Positions 39,341-49,700 of a stretch of 54,953 bases of DNA are shown here, piece by piece. The stretch is from assembly GCA_048941605.1 (NCBI GenBank), contig JBHLNL010000007.1, positions 1 through 54,953 on the forward strand, read 5' to 3'. Under the pieces are notes generated by a model. It ran no database searches. It worked only from the letters and a program-made list of their open reading frames with translations, and was not told the DNA's origin. Position numbers and translations under genes: made by a program. The DNA comes from Promethearchaeota archaeon. GTDB lineage: Archaea; Asgardarchaeota; Lokiarchaeia; Sigyniarchaeales; SOKP01. Every line of letters begins with the position of its first letter. Within the stretch, counting starts at the first letter, position 1.

Positions 39341-39494
39341 CTTATTGCACCAAATTTATGGTTCTTCCGTTAACTTACAAAATAGAAATATTTTTATAAA
39401 GAGTTAAGGTATATTTTTTCCCAATTACGAAATTACTCCAAATTATTCAGAGAATAAAACAATGATGTTTCTTATTAAATAAAAATAGGTTAGG

Positions 39495-40745
39495 TCATTT
39501 TTGATTGAAATAATCTGCATCTAGGTTTGGAAAGATTTTCTTCTTTCTTCCTTCTTTTTCAAAATGAACCAAACCAAGTTCTTCTAATTTATTTATATGA
39601 TATAAAATCGTCTTATGATCAACTTTAAGTTTTTTCGTAATTATGTTATTCCAAATTCCTGGATCTTTTTCTATTATTTCTAAGATTTCTAAGGTTAATT
39701 TACTTTTTTGTAAGGCCAAATCGACATTGGAAATTGGATTTTTTTGATAATAGGGAAAATACGCAAGAATATTTCCAATTCTCTTCTTACCTATTACTTT
39801 ATATGTTAATAATATATCTAAATGCCATACCAAGTTTCCTGCTGCTAATCCAGTTTTCCGTAATAACTCATTAAAATGGATACCAGGTTCGTCTAGAATT
39901 AAATCTATTATTTTATTTCTATTATCATTCTCTAACACATCATCTAATGATAATCTGTGAGCTCCTTTCTCAATTGGCACTGTTCTTGTTCTTAGATATT
40001 GAAAATAATCTTTTTTTGATATTAAAACTACTAAAGAAATAATTCCAATTGCTATAAATGAAATCAAGACTGCTAACCAAACCCAGTCTTCCTGAATAAT
40101 ACCTATTTCAAAAATGGTAATGTAGTATTCAGTATCTTGTTGTAGATTTGTAAGATAACTTTCTAAATATTCTTCAGAACTAGTTTCATTAATAAGTTCG
40201 ATTGTATCAACTAACTCCCATGAATCCTGACCAGATTCATATATTGCCAAAGAAAATGAAGATTCTGGATTTAAACCATAATATTGTAATTTTTTATATT
40301 GGAATGTCATATTTTCAATTGATATATTCGATATTATCCGATAAATACAGTCGTATCTATACTGATATCTAAAATTACCTCTTTTAGGTTCTTGTGGAGC
40401 CTGGATCACCCCAAAGTTTTGTAAATTCGATTTAGTTGATACATTTAGTGAAATTGGATTAGAATTATTAATTATAAAGAAAGTTTGACGATTTTCAATA
40501 TTATTTTCATATTCAATTGATAGATCGATTAGAACATCCGAAGAAATTTGAAAAGTAAGACTATTATTAAAATGATATGATACTTTTTCATTAGGGTGAA
40601 CTCTATCTTGCGTTGAAAAACCCGTGATAGTCTTTGTACGAGCATTCCCTATTATTAGAAAGAAATTAAATCCAAGGAAAATTATTAAGACGATTAGAGC
40701 ACTATACCTATAGTTTTTCCTTTTAAGACCTCCAAAATTATGCAA
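39495..40745 (-). CDS. Transmembrane one-component regulator: signal/anchor, beta-rich ectodomain, TM, tandem winged-helix domains
   Basis: RNKIIDLILDEPGIHFNELLRK..NLVWHL and EKDPGIW..TILYHINKLEELGLV wHTH pair follow a TM helix. Confidence 0.85.
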   Translation of the reverse strand: MHNFGGLKRKNYRYSALIVLIIFLGFNFFLIIGNARTKTITGFSTQDRVHPNEKVSYHFNNSLTFQISSDVLIDLSIEYENNIENRQTFFIINNSNPISLNVSTKSNLQNFGVIQAPQEPKRGNFRYQYRYDCIYRIISNISIENMTFQYKKLQYYGLNPESSFSLAIYESGQDSWELVDTIELINETSSEEYLESYLTNLQQDTEYYITIFEIGIIQEDWVWLAVLISFIAIGIISLVVLISKKDYFQYLRTRTVPIEKGAHRLSLDDVLENDNRNKIIDLILDEPGIHFNELLRKTGLAAGNLVWHLDILLTYKVIGKKRIGNILAYFPYYQKNPISNVDLALQKSKLTLEILEIIEKDPGIWNNIITKKLKVDHKTILYHINKLEELGLVHFEKEGRKKKIFPNLDADYFNQK

Positions 40746-40809
40746 GTGTATTCTTTCCTATATTTTTATTTTTATATAATAATTATAAAAAAAAAATTTT
40801 TGTAAACTT

Positions 40810-41490
40810 TTACTTTCTTTTCCTAATAATTAACACTGTAATCAGAGCAATAATTCCTATAATTCCTCCAATGCCTACCACAATTAAAAGTGTATTATCC
40901 GGTTGTGGAATCAATATTGTCCAAGTAGAAAATTCGCTTGTTTCAGTAACTAAATAGTTATCCTGTATTGTTGTTTGGACAGTTTCCCATGCTCTAGTCT
41001 GTTCATTATATCGAGCCCATTGTCCATTTTGATTTCGGTTGTTAGCTTGAATTTTGAGTTTTGCATCACATGTACCATTGCATTTTAATTGTACACAAAA
41101 TCCTTCTTCGTATAAATATCTGTGTCTGTTTCTTAATCTGTATGTGAATCCTTTCATTAATCCAAGTTGTACTTGTTCTTCTGTGCAAGTCATATTCATT
41201 AATAAAGGCCCTGAACCATTTACTTCAATAACAAAATTTTTTGAACCAATTTTTGATGCCTCGCAATTAATAATTCCTTCAAGGTCTACATTAGTAATGA
41301 ATGTTAAACGAGTTTGTGCCATAAATCTGAACATTACTTGATTATTGGCTTCAACTTGGTACTGATAAGGAGCTTCGTCGTTTACATTAATTTCAGTTGG
41401 TTCAACTGCTAGAACACTAGTAACATTGAAGATTGAAAATAGCATTAGGAAAGCAAACGCTCCAAGTGTTATTTTGCTTATTTTTCTCAT
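40810..41490 (-). CDS. Secreted, C-terminally anchored surface protein
   Basis: Signal peptide ending VLA, beta-rich domain, TM plus RKRK tail. Confidence 0.8.
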   Translation of the reverse strand: MRKISKITLGAFAFLMLFSIFNVTSVLAVEPTEINVNDEAPYQYQVEANNQVMFRFMAQTRLTFITNVDLEGIINCEASKIGSKNFVIEVNGSGPLLMNMTCTEEQVQLGLMKGFTYRLRNRHRYLYEEGFCVQLKCNGTCDAKLKIQANNRNQNGQWARYNEQTRAWETVQTTIQDNYLVTETSEFSTWTILIPQPDNTLLIVVGIGGIIGIIALITVLIIRKRK

Positions 41491-41805
41491 TTTTTATTAA
41501 ATCTCCTAATTTATTCTATTTAGTAAAAAGGAAGTTGGTAATAAAAGGATTAAGGAATAATTCTCCACAATTAAACTAAATAGAAGTATTACAAATAAGT
41601 AAATTGAGAAATATTATATTTTTTTTAAGAATAAGACACCTTCTTAAATCAATCCTATTTAAATGAAAAAGATATGTCAACCTTAAGTTTAATTATAATG
41701 ATTTTGAAAATATTATTAAAGATTTTCAAATTAAAATATTTATATCGAATTCATCTTAAATCTAATATAATTTGAATTCTAATTCATACTAATGGAGAAA
41801 AATTT

Positions 41806-44061
41806 ATGTCATTAAAAGATTTCACTAAAGAAGTATTCACTCGATATGGATTTACTGAAGATCATATCAACGTCTATTTAGTGTATTTAAGAGTTCCCAG
41901 AGCTACCACTTCCGAAGTTTATATGACTTTAGTGGACGAACATGAAGATTTACAGTATGAAACTGTAATAGAGGTTACTAATTGGTTAGTTGAGAAAGGT
42001 TTCCTTAAGAGAATTGAAGGTATTGTTGATAGATATGTTCCGCTCCAACCATATTTTGAATTATTTACCACTGAATCTGAGAATTTTCGAAATGAAATTG
42101 CCAAAATTAAAGACAATATCTTAGCTGATCAATCTGATCGATTTGAAAAGCTAGAAGCAATTCAAGATAAAAGTATAGGTGAAGTAGAAAAAGCTGTTGA
42201 CACCCAAATCAAATCTTTTTTTGAAGATTCAGATTCAAAAAATAAAACTAAACGGAACCGAATTGATAGTGCTACAAATCGCTTTACTGAAACTACAAAG
42301 GCGTTAGAAAGCAATATCCATGATATAATGGATTCCTTAAATTCAAATTTAAAAAACATATCAGAAACAAGCGTTAGTAAAAATGAATCTGAAATTACTA
42401 CTACAAAGGATAATTTAACAAGTTTAGTTTCTAATTTATTAAGCGACTTTTCAGCTAGAGTGGAAAATTTAGACAAAGAGTTAAAAATTGAGCTGGATGA
42501 ACATGTAGAAAGACATAAAAACACAGCAAACCAGCTTAAACCCAAAATGGAACAAATTCTTGAGAAATACTTAGAACGGATGGATAAAGTTGTCACTGAT
42601 CTAAAAGCCAAAATTTCGAATTTGTTAAAAGAACACATTACTCATGTAAAGAATACTACAGATACACTCCAAGTGAAATTAAAAGCTATAGTCGATGAGA
42701 GACATCGAATATTAACAGATCAGACAAATGATTTTAAAAGTATGACATTAACTTTAATCGATAATTTACTTGAACACGCAAATAGATTTACAGATTTTTC
42801 AGAAGATATGGCAAAGAAAGGATTTTTCTGGATGGGTAAAAAGAAGAAATATAAAGCAAGACATGAAACTACAATACAAAATATACTAAAATATAGTGAA
42901 CCAATGAAACCTGATTTTACTTCCACATGTGATACTTATGTAGCCGACACTCGAGGAACTACAGATAATATCAAATCTGATTTAACTGATATTATGACTA
43001 ATGAAAATGATGGATTAGCTACAGAAACTAATGATCTTGATTATAGGGCTCAAGAAACCATAGCAGCTCAATTAGAAACCCTTGCAACTGATTTAGCTGG
43101 AGAAGTAGATGATACTTTACAAACTGGTATAAAAGATTGTTCTGATACAAGAATAAAACTAAAAGACTCCCTAGAACGCTCATTAAATCAACACCATAAT
43201 CAATATGATACTGCTATAAATAGTCATAAAGAAAATTCACTAAAACATTATACTGATTTTGACTTAGAAATTAAAAGAATAAACGCAGATTGGACAAGAG
43301 ATGTCAATGCAAACTTTGATAATGGCAAAAGAGATTGTTTAGAGAAAATTGACAGTGAAATTAGACTATGGAATGCTGAAGCAAAAGATATGGATACTAA
43401 TTTAACCGACATGTTAGCAGATCATAAATCCAAATATGAACAAAATGCAAAAACTCTTCAAAATAGTCTATCAAATACTACAAGAGATACAATTCAAAAT
43501 GTTAAAGATGCTATTGCGGACTTTACTTTACAATTTATGAATTCTATTGATGATTCAACTGAATTAGCTGAAAATAATGAAAGTAAATTAACTGATATTC
43601 ATAATGCTGCTAGTGCAATTCCAGAAATATCTAAGGTTACAACATGGCCTGTTGTTGGAAAAGACGCGATGGTTGCTGCTATTAAAGACGCAGTTTATCG
43701 CGTAAAATCTTCAATCATAATTGTAACTCCATACGTCGTTCCTGATATTTTACAAGTTGTTTCTGAATATGCGTTCCAGAAAAAGGCTGTAAGATTTATG
43801 TTAACATCACATTGGGATTTGCAGCAATACAGTGGAATTATAGGAAAAATGAAGCAATTAGGAAACATCCAATTTAGACAGTTGCAAACTGCAGGCGAAT
43901 TTTTTGCTGTTACTCGGGATGCTGAAGAAGTAATACTTGCTCCTGCTACCACAAAAGAATCAGAAATGATTGCTGTAGTTTCCAATCAAGAAGGGTATTC
44001 CAAGCTGTACAGTCAATTTATAGGTCCTATATTTCAAGCAAACTCAAGGCCGATTAAGTAA
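41806..44061 (+). CDS. TrmB-like wHTH + long helical/coiled-coil insert + TrmB/PLD-like C-terminal domain
   Basis: YGFTEDHINVYLVYL..ATTSEV..LVEKGFL..RYVP at the N-terminus; WPVVGKD..AVYRVKSSIIIVTP..RDAEEVILAP at the C-terminus. Confidence 0.75.
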   Translation: MSLKDFTKEVFTRYGFTEDHINVYLVYLRVPRATTSEVYMTLVDEHEDLQYETVIEVTNWLVEKGFLKRIEGIVDRYVPLQPYFELFTTESENFRNEIAKIKDNILADQSDRFEKLEAIQDKSIGEVEKAVDTQIKSFFEDSDSKNKTKRNRIDSATNRFTETTKALESNIHDIMDSLNSNLKNISETSVSKNESEITTTKDNLTSLVSNLLSDFSARVENLDKELKIELDEHVERHKNTANQLKPKMEQILEKYLERMDKVVTDLKAKISNLLKEHITHVKNTTDTLQVKLKAIVDERHRILTDQTNDFKSMTLTLIDNLLEHANRFTDFSEDMAKKGFFWMGKKKKYKARHETTIQNILKYSEPMKPDFTSTCDTYVADTRGTTDNIKSDLTDIMTNENDGLATETNDLDYRAQETIAAQLETLATDLAGEVDDTLQTGIKDCSDTRIKLKDSLERSLNQHHNQYDTAINSHKENSLKHYTDFDLEIKRINADWTRDVNANFDNGKRDCLEKIDSEIRLWNAEAKDMDTNLTDMLADHKSKYEQNAKTLQNSLSNTTRDTIQNVKDAIADFTLQFMNSIDDSTELAENNESKLTDIHNAASAIPEISKVTTWPVVGKDAMVAAIKDAVYRVKSSIIIVTPYVVPDILQVVSEYAFQKKAVRFMLTSHWDLQQYSGIIGKMKQLGNIQFRQLQTAGEFFAVTRDAEEVILAPATTKESEMIAVVSNQEGYSKLYSQFIGPIFQANSRPIK

Positions 44062-44184
44062 TTCTGGCAGAGGAGATTTATCAAATACCGAGAATGGTAA
44101 TTTTTTTTATTAATTTTTTTCTTTTTAAAAAATTTTGTTCAAGCTGGTTACGGAAGTTAGCATGGGTAATATTTATTAAGTGTG

Positions 44185-44577
44185 TTATTCAACGTATGCA
44201 ATATCTTTCATTTTTGGAGGTTTCTGGTCAAAATATCGGGTTAGATCTCCTATGCTAGTTTCTTTTTTAAGTAAAGTGCAGAGGATTGCCTTCATATCCA
44301 TCTTTGGTAATGAGATCTTTGATATTTTAATAAATCCATAAGTTCCTTCTATAAGAATTCGTTTGAAACCACCACGAGTAAGCTCTTTTACTCCATGTTT
44401 CGACATACTTACTATTGCTGCACATATTGCACTTATTAATTCATAGTTTGTATCCTCTGGAAGAGTAGAGCATATCGGAAGCCCTTGGATACTTACAACT
44501 GCTAAACCTTGAATATCTGGATTTTCCCCTTCTATTCTTCTTAAGAGATCAATGAGCTCTCTATTATTTTCACTCAG
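44185..44577 (-). CDS. Roadblock/LC7 domain protein
   Basis: Extension adds LIDLLRRIEGENPDIQGLAVVSIQGLPICSTLP..ISAICAAIVS ahead of KELTRGGFKRILIEGTYG; apparent CTG start. Confidence 0.88.
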   Translation of the reverse strand: MSENNRELIDLLRRIEGENPDIQGLAVVSIQGLPICSTLPEDTNYELISAICAAIVSMSKHGVKELTRGGFKRILIEGTYGFIKISKISLPKMDMKAILCTLLKKETSIGDLTRYFDQKPPKMKDIAYVE

Positions 44578-44758
44578 AGATAGATCAACTTGGATTTCTT
44601 AAATATTGAAATTTATTATACTTAATATTAAGAAATAATCGGATTTAATTTTTTTAACAATAAAGTGAAATTATTATAATAATTTTCAGAAGTATAAAAT
44701 GTTTAAAATTCTGCTTTTTACAATTTTAAACAATTTTACAATTATTCAAAGAAAGACA

Positions 44759-46048
44759 TCAAAAATTCTTAAAGAATTCCTTTTCAAGCTGTGCGCGAAA
44801 GTTAGGATGAGCAATATTTATTAAATTCTTAGCTCGTTGACGAACACTTTTTCCTCGTAAATCAGCTATCCCATACTCAGTGACTATATAATGAACATCA
44901 AAACGAGAAGTAGTTACACAAGCACCTTCATTGAGTTTAGGAACTATTCGAGATATTGTTTTTTTCTTATTTGTCGATGGAAAGGCTATTATAGATTTAC
45001 CCCCTGGTGATAGACTAGAAGCTCTCACAAAGTCAACTTGTCCTCCTACACCAGAATATTGTTGATATCCTAAAGTATCCGCGCATACTTGACCATATAA
45101 ATCAACTTGAATCGCTGAATTAATTGAGACAAGATTATTAATACGACCCGCAACTGTAATATGATTTGTATAATCAACTGGTTGCATATCAACATTAGGG
45201 TTATCATCTACGAAATCATAAAGACGTTTAGTACCCATTAGAAAAGTTGCTGTAAACTTACCTGGATTAAGATTATTATTGGTATTTGTGATTATTCCTT
45301 TTTCATAAAGATCAACAACACCATCAGAAAACATTTCTGAATGAATACCCAGATCTTTTTTATCAATTAAGAATTTTAATACTGCATCTGGAATTGCCCC
45401 TATACCTAACTGAAGATTTGCATTATCTGGAACTAAAGAAGCAATATAATTTCCTATTTTTTCCTCGATTTCAGTAATTTTGGGAATAGGAATTTCCAAT
45501 AAATCTCTATCAGTATCTACAATGTAATCAAGTTGAGATATGTGAATATTAGAACCTCTTGTTCTGGGCATTTGTTTATTTACTTCGGCAATTACAATTT
45601 TGGCAGATTCTGTGGCAGCCTTGGTATAATCAACAGAGATCCCATAGCTTAGATATCCATCTTTATCTGGAGGAGAGAGTTGGATTAGAGCAACATCAAC
45701 TGGTAAAATCCGGTTTTTAAAAAGGCGTGGGATTTCAGAAAAAAATACAGGTGTATAATCAGAACGACCTTCTCGAATTGAATCTCGCGTTCCAACTCCT
45801 GTAAACAAAGAATTATGGTGAAAATGCTTTTCCATTCCAGGTAAACAATATTTGCATTCGCGTAGTGGAACCATATGAACAATTTCTACATCAGAAAGCC
45901 GATCCTTTTGATTTACCAATTCATCTGTTAAAACTATTGGTTCACCAGCAGCATGCCCTACAACAATTCTATTGCCAGATTCTATGCATTTAACTGCGTT
46001 TTCAGCAGAACTCTGTTTCTTTTTATATTCTTCTTCCCATTCTTTCAT
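44759..46048 (-). CDS. Acetyl-CoA hydrolase / 4-hydroxybutyrate CoA-transferase family
   Basis: LQLGIGAIPDAV, LGIHSEM, SGVGGQVDF, VTEYGIADL and IAHPNFR. Confidence 0.93.
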   Translation of the reverse strand: MKEWEEEYKKKQSSAENAVKCIESGNRIVVGHAAGEPIVLTDELVNQKDRLSDVEIVHMVPLRECKYCLPGMEKHFHHNSLFTGVGTRDSIREGRSDYTPVFFSEIPRLFKNRILPVDVALIQLSPPDKDGYLSYGISVDYTKAATESAKIVIAEVNKQMPRTRGSNIHISQLDYIVDTDRDLLEIPIPKITEIEEKIGNYIASLVPDNANLQLGIGAIPDAVLKFLIDKKDLGIHSEMFSDGVVDLYEKGIITNTNNNLNPGKFTATFLMGTKRLYDFVDDNPNVDMQPVDYTNHITVAGRINNLVSINSAIQVDLYGQVCADTLGYQQYSGVGGQVDFVRASSLSPGGKSIIAFPSTNKKKTISRIVPKLNEGACVTTSRFDVHYIVTEYGIADLRGKSVRQRAKNLINIAHPNFRAQLEKEFFKNF

Positions 46049-46161
46049 ATTTTTATCTTGATATTATTTTAAAATCAACAAAGAAAAACTCAATATTAAC
46101 TTAATAAGTTTAAAACAATTAAAAAAATAAAATTTGTTTAAATTAGATTATAGATTTTGAT

Positions 46162-46641
46162 TTAGTTTTGTATCCAGATTGCAACCTCGTCAGCATCCCA
46201 AGCAGAACATTATATATCAATATCAGAATCACCATCAATATCAATCGCAGAATAACTTGAGGCACCAGTAAATGTGTTGGTTATTATAGGTTCACTAAAA
46301 GCTTGAAAACCATCAACAGTACCTTCTTGGGCATGCATTCCAACTAGCACTAACGCATCGTAAAGATGTAATTTTTCAGTTCTTATCAAATCTGCCAATG
46401 TTATCATCCAACCTCCTCCTAAATAGTTAGCTTGATTATCTAGTTTTTTAAGAATTAAATTATCTCCCATACCATGGCCATCAAAAATATCGATATGAGT
46501 TGCTCCACCTTTTTTTAAACCCTGAATAATAGCGTTTATCTCAGCTGTAGTTAATTTCATATATTTTTCATCAGTGTAATTATAATCTTGATCAGTTATC
46601 CCTGAAATTCCTTCCACATCATTCCAAATTAAAACTCTCAT
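46162..46641 (-). pseudogene. Chimeric pseudogene: 5' half of an M55 (DppA) D-aminopeptidase joined to an FG-GAP/VCBS repeat fragment
   Basis: DVEGISG, DGHG and VGMHA, then abrupt switch to AIDIDGDSDIDI*CSAWDADEVAIWIQN* with an in-frame TAA. Confidence 0.75.
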
Positions 46642-46785
46642 TTTAACATCAATTAAGATATAAGGTAAAATCTAAAATAAATTCGTAAATTTAAAATAAA
46701 TTTTAAATATAATTGCTTAAAATGTATGTATTCCTAATTTCACATAGAGATCTCTCGAATTAATTATTCATGGAAAAAAAGTACT

Positions 46786-48042
46786 ATGAAAGAAATGCTT
46801 AAAAAAAGAGTAGAATTAATGACTCCGTTAAAAAATTATAAGTCTTTAAACGCAGTATTAGGCAAAGCTGCTGCTGTATATTTTGGTATTGAATCATTTA
46901 ATATGAGAATGTATAGTGATAATTTTAAATTGGAAGAATTGAGTAAAATTGTGAAATCTTGCCATGATAATCATTGTCATGCATATCTGACTACAAATAT
47001 AGTAATATATGAGAATGAACTTCCTCTATTAGATAAAATTTTGGATAAAGCTGTAGAAGCGGAGATTGATGCAGTAATCATTCATGACATTGGTGCTATT
47101 AAACTTGCAAAAGAAAAAGGGTTAAAATTTCATATCTCAACTCAAGCAAACATTTCTAATTCTAATACAGCTCTCTTTTATGAATCTTTAGGAGCTCAAA
47201 GGTTAATTCTAGCTCGAGAACTTTCTTTAGAACAAATTAGAGAAATTAAGAGTAAATTAAGTAAAGCTGAAATTGAAACTTTCATTCATGGAGCGCAATG
47301 TACTTCAATTTCTGGGAGATGTTATTTTTCTGCAGAACTTTGCCAATCTCAAGATTACTCAGCAAACAGAGGAAAATGTATTCAACCATGTAGAAGAAAA
47401 TGGCGTGTTTATGATGACCAAAATAATGAATTATTATATGATGGAGTTTTTTTTATTAATACAAAAGATCTATGCATGATTGAACATATTCCGAAATTAA
47501 TTGAAGCAAATATTGATGCGTTTAAAATTGAAGGCCGGATGAGAGATCCACTCTATATTGAAGAAACTACTTTGTGTTATAGAGAAGCTATCGATTCTTA
47601 TTATGATAATACATTTTCGCAAGAAAAAGTTAAGAGTTGGCTCAATCGTTTAAATAAAGTATATAATCGAGGATTTTCTACAGGTTTTTATTTTGGACTT
47701 CCAAAAGGGAGTGAAATTCAAAGAGAATTTGATGGAAATATCTCAAATTATAAAAAGATTGAGATTGGTAAAGTATTAAACTACTTCCCAGAAAAAAAGG
47801 CAGCAAAAATTCTTTTGACATCAGGGAAATTAAAATTAAAAGATGAAATTTATATTATTGGAACTCATACGGATACTTATTTAAGGCAAGAGATAAAATC
47901 TATTCAAATTAAACAAAAGAAAAATTTGACTGAAACCCCATTTATTTCATCTAAAAATGAAAGAATAGCTGTTGGAATCGTAGTTGATAATCCGGTTAAA
48001 AAAAACGATAAAATTTTCAAGCTAGAACAATTAGAAAATTAA
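46786..48042 (+). CDS. U32 'peptidase' family Fe-S protein (TrhP/RlhA-like RNA hydroxylation)
   Basis: HISTQAN, LARELSL, HGAQCTSISGRC, NRGKCIQPCR and KIEGR. Confidence 0.9.
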   Translation: MKEMLKKRVELMTPLKNYKSLNAVLGKAAAVYFGIESFNMRMYSDNFKLEELSKIVKSCHDNHCHAYLTTNIVIYENELPLLDKILDKAVEAEIDAVIIHDIGAIKLAKEKGLKFHISTQANISNSNTALFYESLGAQRLILARELSLEQIREIKSKLSKAEIETFIHGAQCTSISGRCYFSAELCQSQDYSANRGKCIQPCRRKWRVYDDQNNELLYDGVFFINTKDLCMIEHIPKLIEANIDAFKIEGRMRDPLYIEETTLCYREAIDSYYDNTFSQEKVKSWLNRLNKVYNRGFSTGFYFGLPKGSEIQREFDGNISNYKKIEIGKVLNYFPEKKAAKILLTSGKLKLKDEIYIIGTHTDTYLRQEIKSIQIKQKKNLTETPFISSKNERIAVGIVVDNPVKKNDKIFKLEQLEN

Positions 48043-48115
48043 AAATTAGTTTCTTTAAATTTTATATATACTAAATCATAGATTTTAGATAAAATTAGTC
48101 CAAAAAAAAATTAAA

Positions 48116-49414
48116 TTAATCCCATTTAGGGCCGCCTGATCTTTCTACTGTATTATCATCATCTTCAGAGTGGATTCTTTTCAGATCTATGTCTTGATAA
48201 CCAGGAAGAACACCTAGCATCCTTCTCATCGCAAATTCAACATCTTTAGCTGATGCAATAAAGCGTCCAACTATTAAAATATCAGCACCCTGTTCTATTG
48301 CATATATTGCTGTACTTGGCTCAATACCTCCAGCAACAGCAACCAAAACCCTATCTCTTCCTGAAGCTTTCTTTTGACCAGCATATAATTCCTTAATTTT
48401 AGGTACTAGTCCCCAACGAGCTTTTTGAGCCGCATCTGGAGATTTAACTCCTTCTATGGATTGTTCAACATCAATTGCTCTATGAATAATTACTACATCA
48501 GGAGTTTGTCTTAATGAACCTAGTTTTTCAAGAGGATTTTGAACTTCCATAGTGTCAACAAATGCATGAATACCAAGTCTTTGTGCTTCTAATATAAATT
48601 TATCAAGTGAAGCTGCAGAAGCTAAACCGCTTGCTACAACTCCGTCAGCAGTAGCATCAAAAGCAAAATCAACCTCTAATTTTCCTACATCTAATGTCTT
48701 TAAATCAGCTACAATGAATTTATCTTTGGCAACTTCTCGAATCTTTTTGATCGATTCTACCCCATATTTCTTAAGAAATGGTGTTCCCACTTCAAGTAAT
48801 ATTCGATCACTTTTAGGTAGTTCTTTAACAACCTTTATTTGCTTTTCTAAGGCAGGATGATCTAAAGCCACTTGAACATATGGAGGACGCCAAAGTCTTG
48901 GAACTCGTATCCCAGCAACAGGGTGTTTAGCTCGATCTTTATCATAAAATATTTTCTCAATTGGAGGATATCCTTTTATAGCTCTCTGAATTGCTAATTT
49001 TGTAGCTCCATAATTATATTGATAAATTTTGCGATAATCATTAGCACTTGGATGGATATAAACACTTGCTATAATTACCCAATCATCTATTTTATTCATT
49101 GGAATTATTCCTTCTTCAACGGCATCTGCAATACCTTTAGCAACAGCAGCTTGAGCAGGACCAAAAATTTTGCTTGCATCATCCATTTTAGCAAGAGTTA
49201 CTTTAGGAACTATTAGGCTTACCGGTTTCGCCAATAGGTTAGGACGGATGCCAGCGAGCAATCCTCCATGGCCTTTAGAAGGTGTACTGAGTGCATTGGC
49301 AAACGAGATTCCCACAGGTCCATTTTTAGACCCAATTATTAAATCTATATGTGCTAAATCATCTCCTTCCCCAACTAATGCTTCTCCAACATAATACTCT
49401 ACAGCTTTTGGCAT
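48116..49414 (-). CDS. fae-hps: Bifunctional formaldehyde-activating enzyme / 3-hexulose-6-phosphate synthase
   Basis: GEALVG..AHIDLIIG, GPAQAAVA and YNYGATK (Fae); QVALD, EVGTP, ADLKTLD, HRAIDVE and VAGG (Hps). Confidence 0.95.
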   Translation of the reverse strand: MPKAVEYYVGEALVGEGDDLAHIDLIIGSKNGPVGISFANALSTPSKGHGGLLAGIRPNLLAKPVSLIVPKVTLAKMDDASKIFGPAQAAVAKGIADAVEEGIIPMNKIDDWVIIASVYIHPSANDYRKIYQYNYGATKLAIQRAIKGYPPIEKIFYDKDRAKHPVAGIRVPRLWRPPYVQVALDHPALEKQIKVVKELPKSDRILLEVGTPFLKKYGVESIKKIREVAKDKFIVADLKTLDVGKLEVDFAFDATADGVVASGLASAASLDKFILEAQRLGIHAFVDTMEVQNPLEKLGSLRQTPDVVIIHRAIDVEQSIEGVKSPDAAQKARWGLVPKIKELYAGQKKASGRDRVLVAVAGGIEPSTAIYAIEQGADILIVGRFIASAKDVEFAMRRMLGVLPGYQDIDLKRIHSEDDDNTVERSGGPKWD

Positions 49415-49700
49415 AAATTTCACGATAAATTTTTACTTGTAATAAAATTTTTGTATAATTTGTGGATATTTTTTATTTATAATAGTGTGTTTTATAGATA
49501 ACATAAAAAAATTGCGTATCTACAATATTCTAGAGTTAATACTCTATTATTAAAATTATCCTTGATTGAAGTTTTTTGTATCTTTTTCATTAAGAGTGAA
49601 ATATATTTAGTATAAAGGTCTAATCTTCCTTCTTACCAATACTTTTTAAACATATATCTTCTTTTTAGAAATAGTGAAATCATGATGAGTAAAATTTAGT

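Noticed and set aside
39225-39407. 60-aa + strand ORF
   Set aside because: Antisense to the extended roadblock-like frame
44715-44745. Short ACAATTTT tandem repeats
   Set aside because: Three imperfect low-complexity units; no spacers or cas genes, so not CRISPR
46210-46212. Stop-codon readthrough or recoding at TAA here and at 50663
   Set aside because: TAA terminates most genes in the window; pseudogenisation or a separate small gene is simpler
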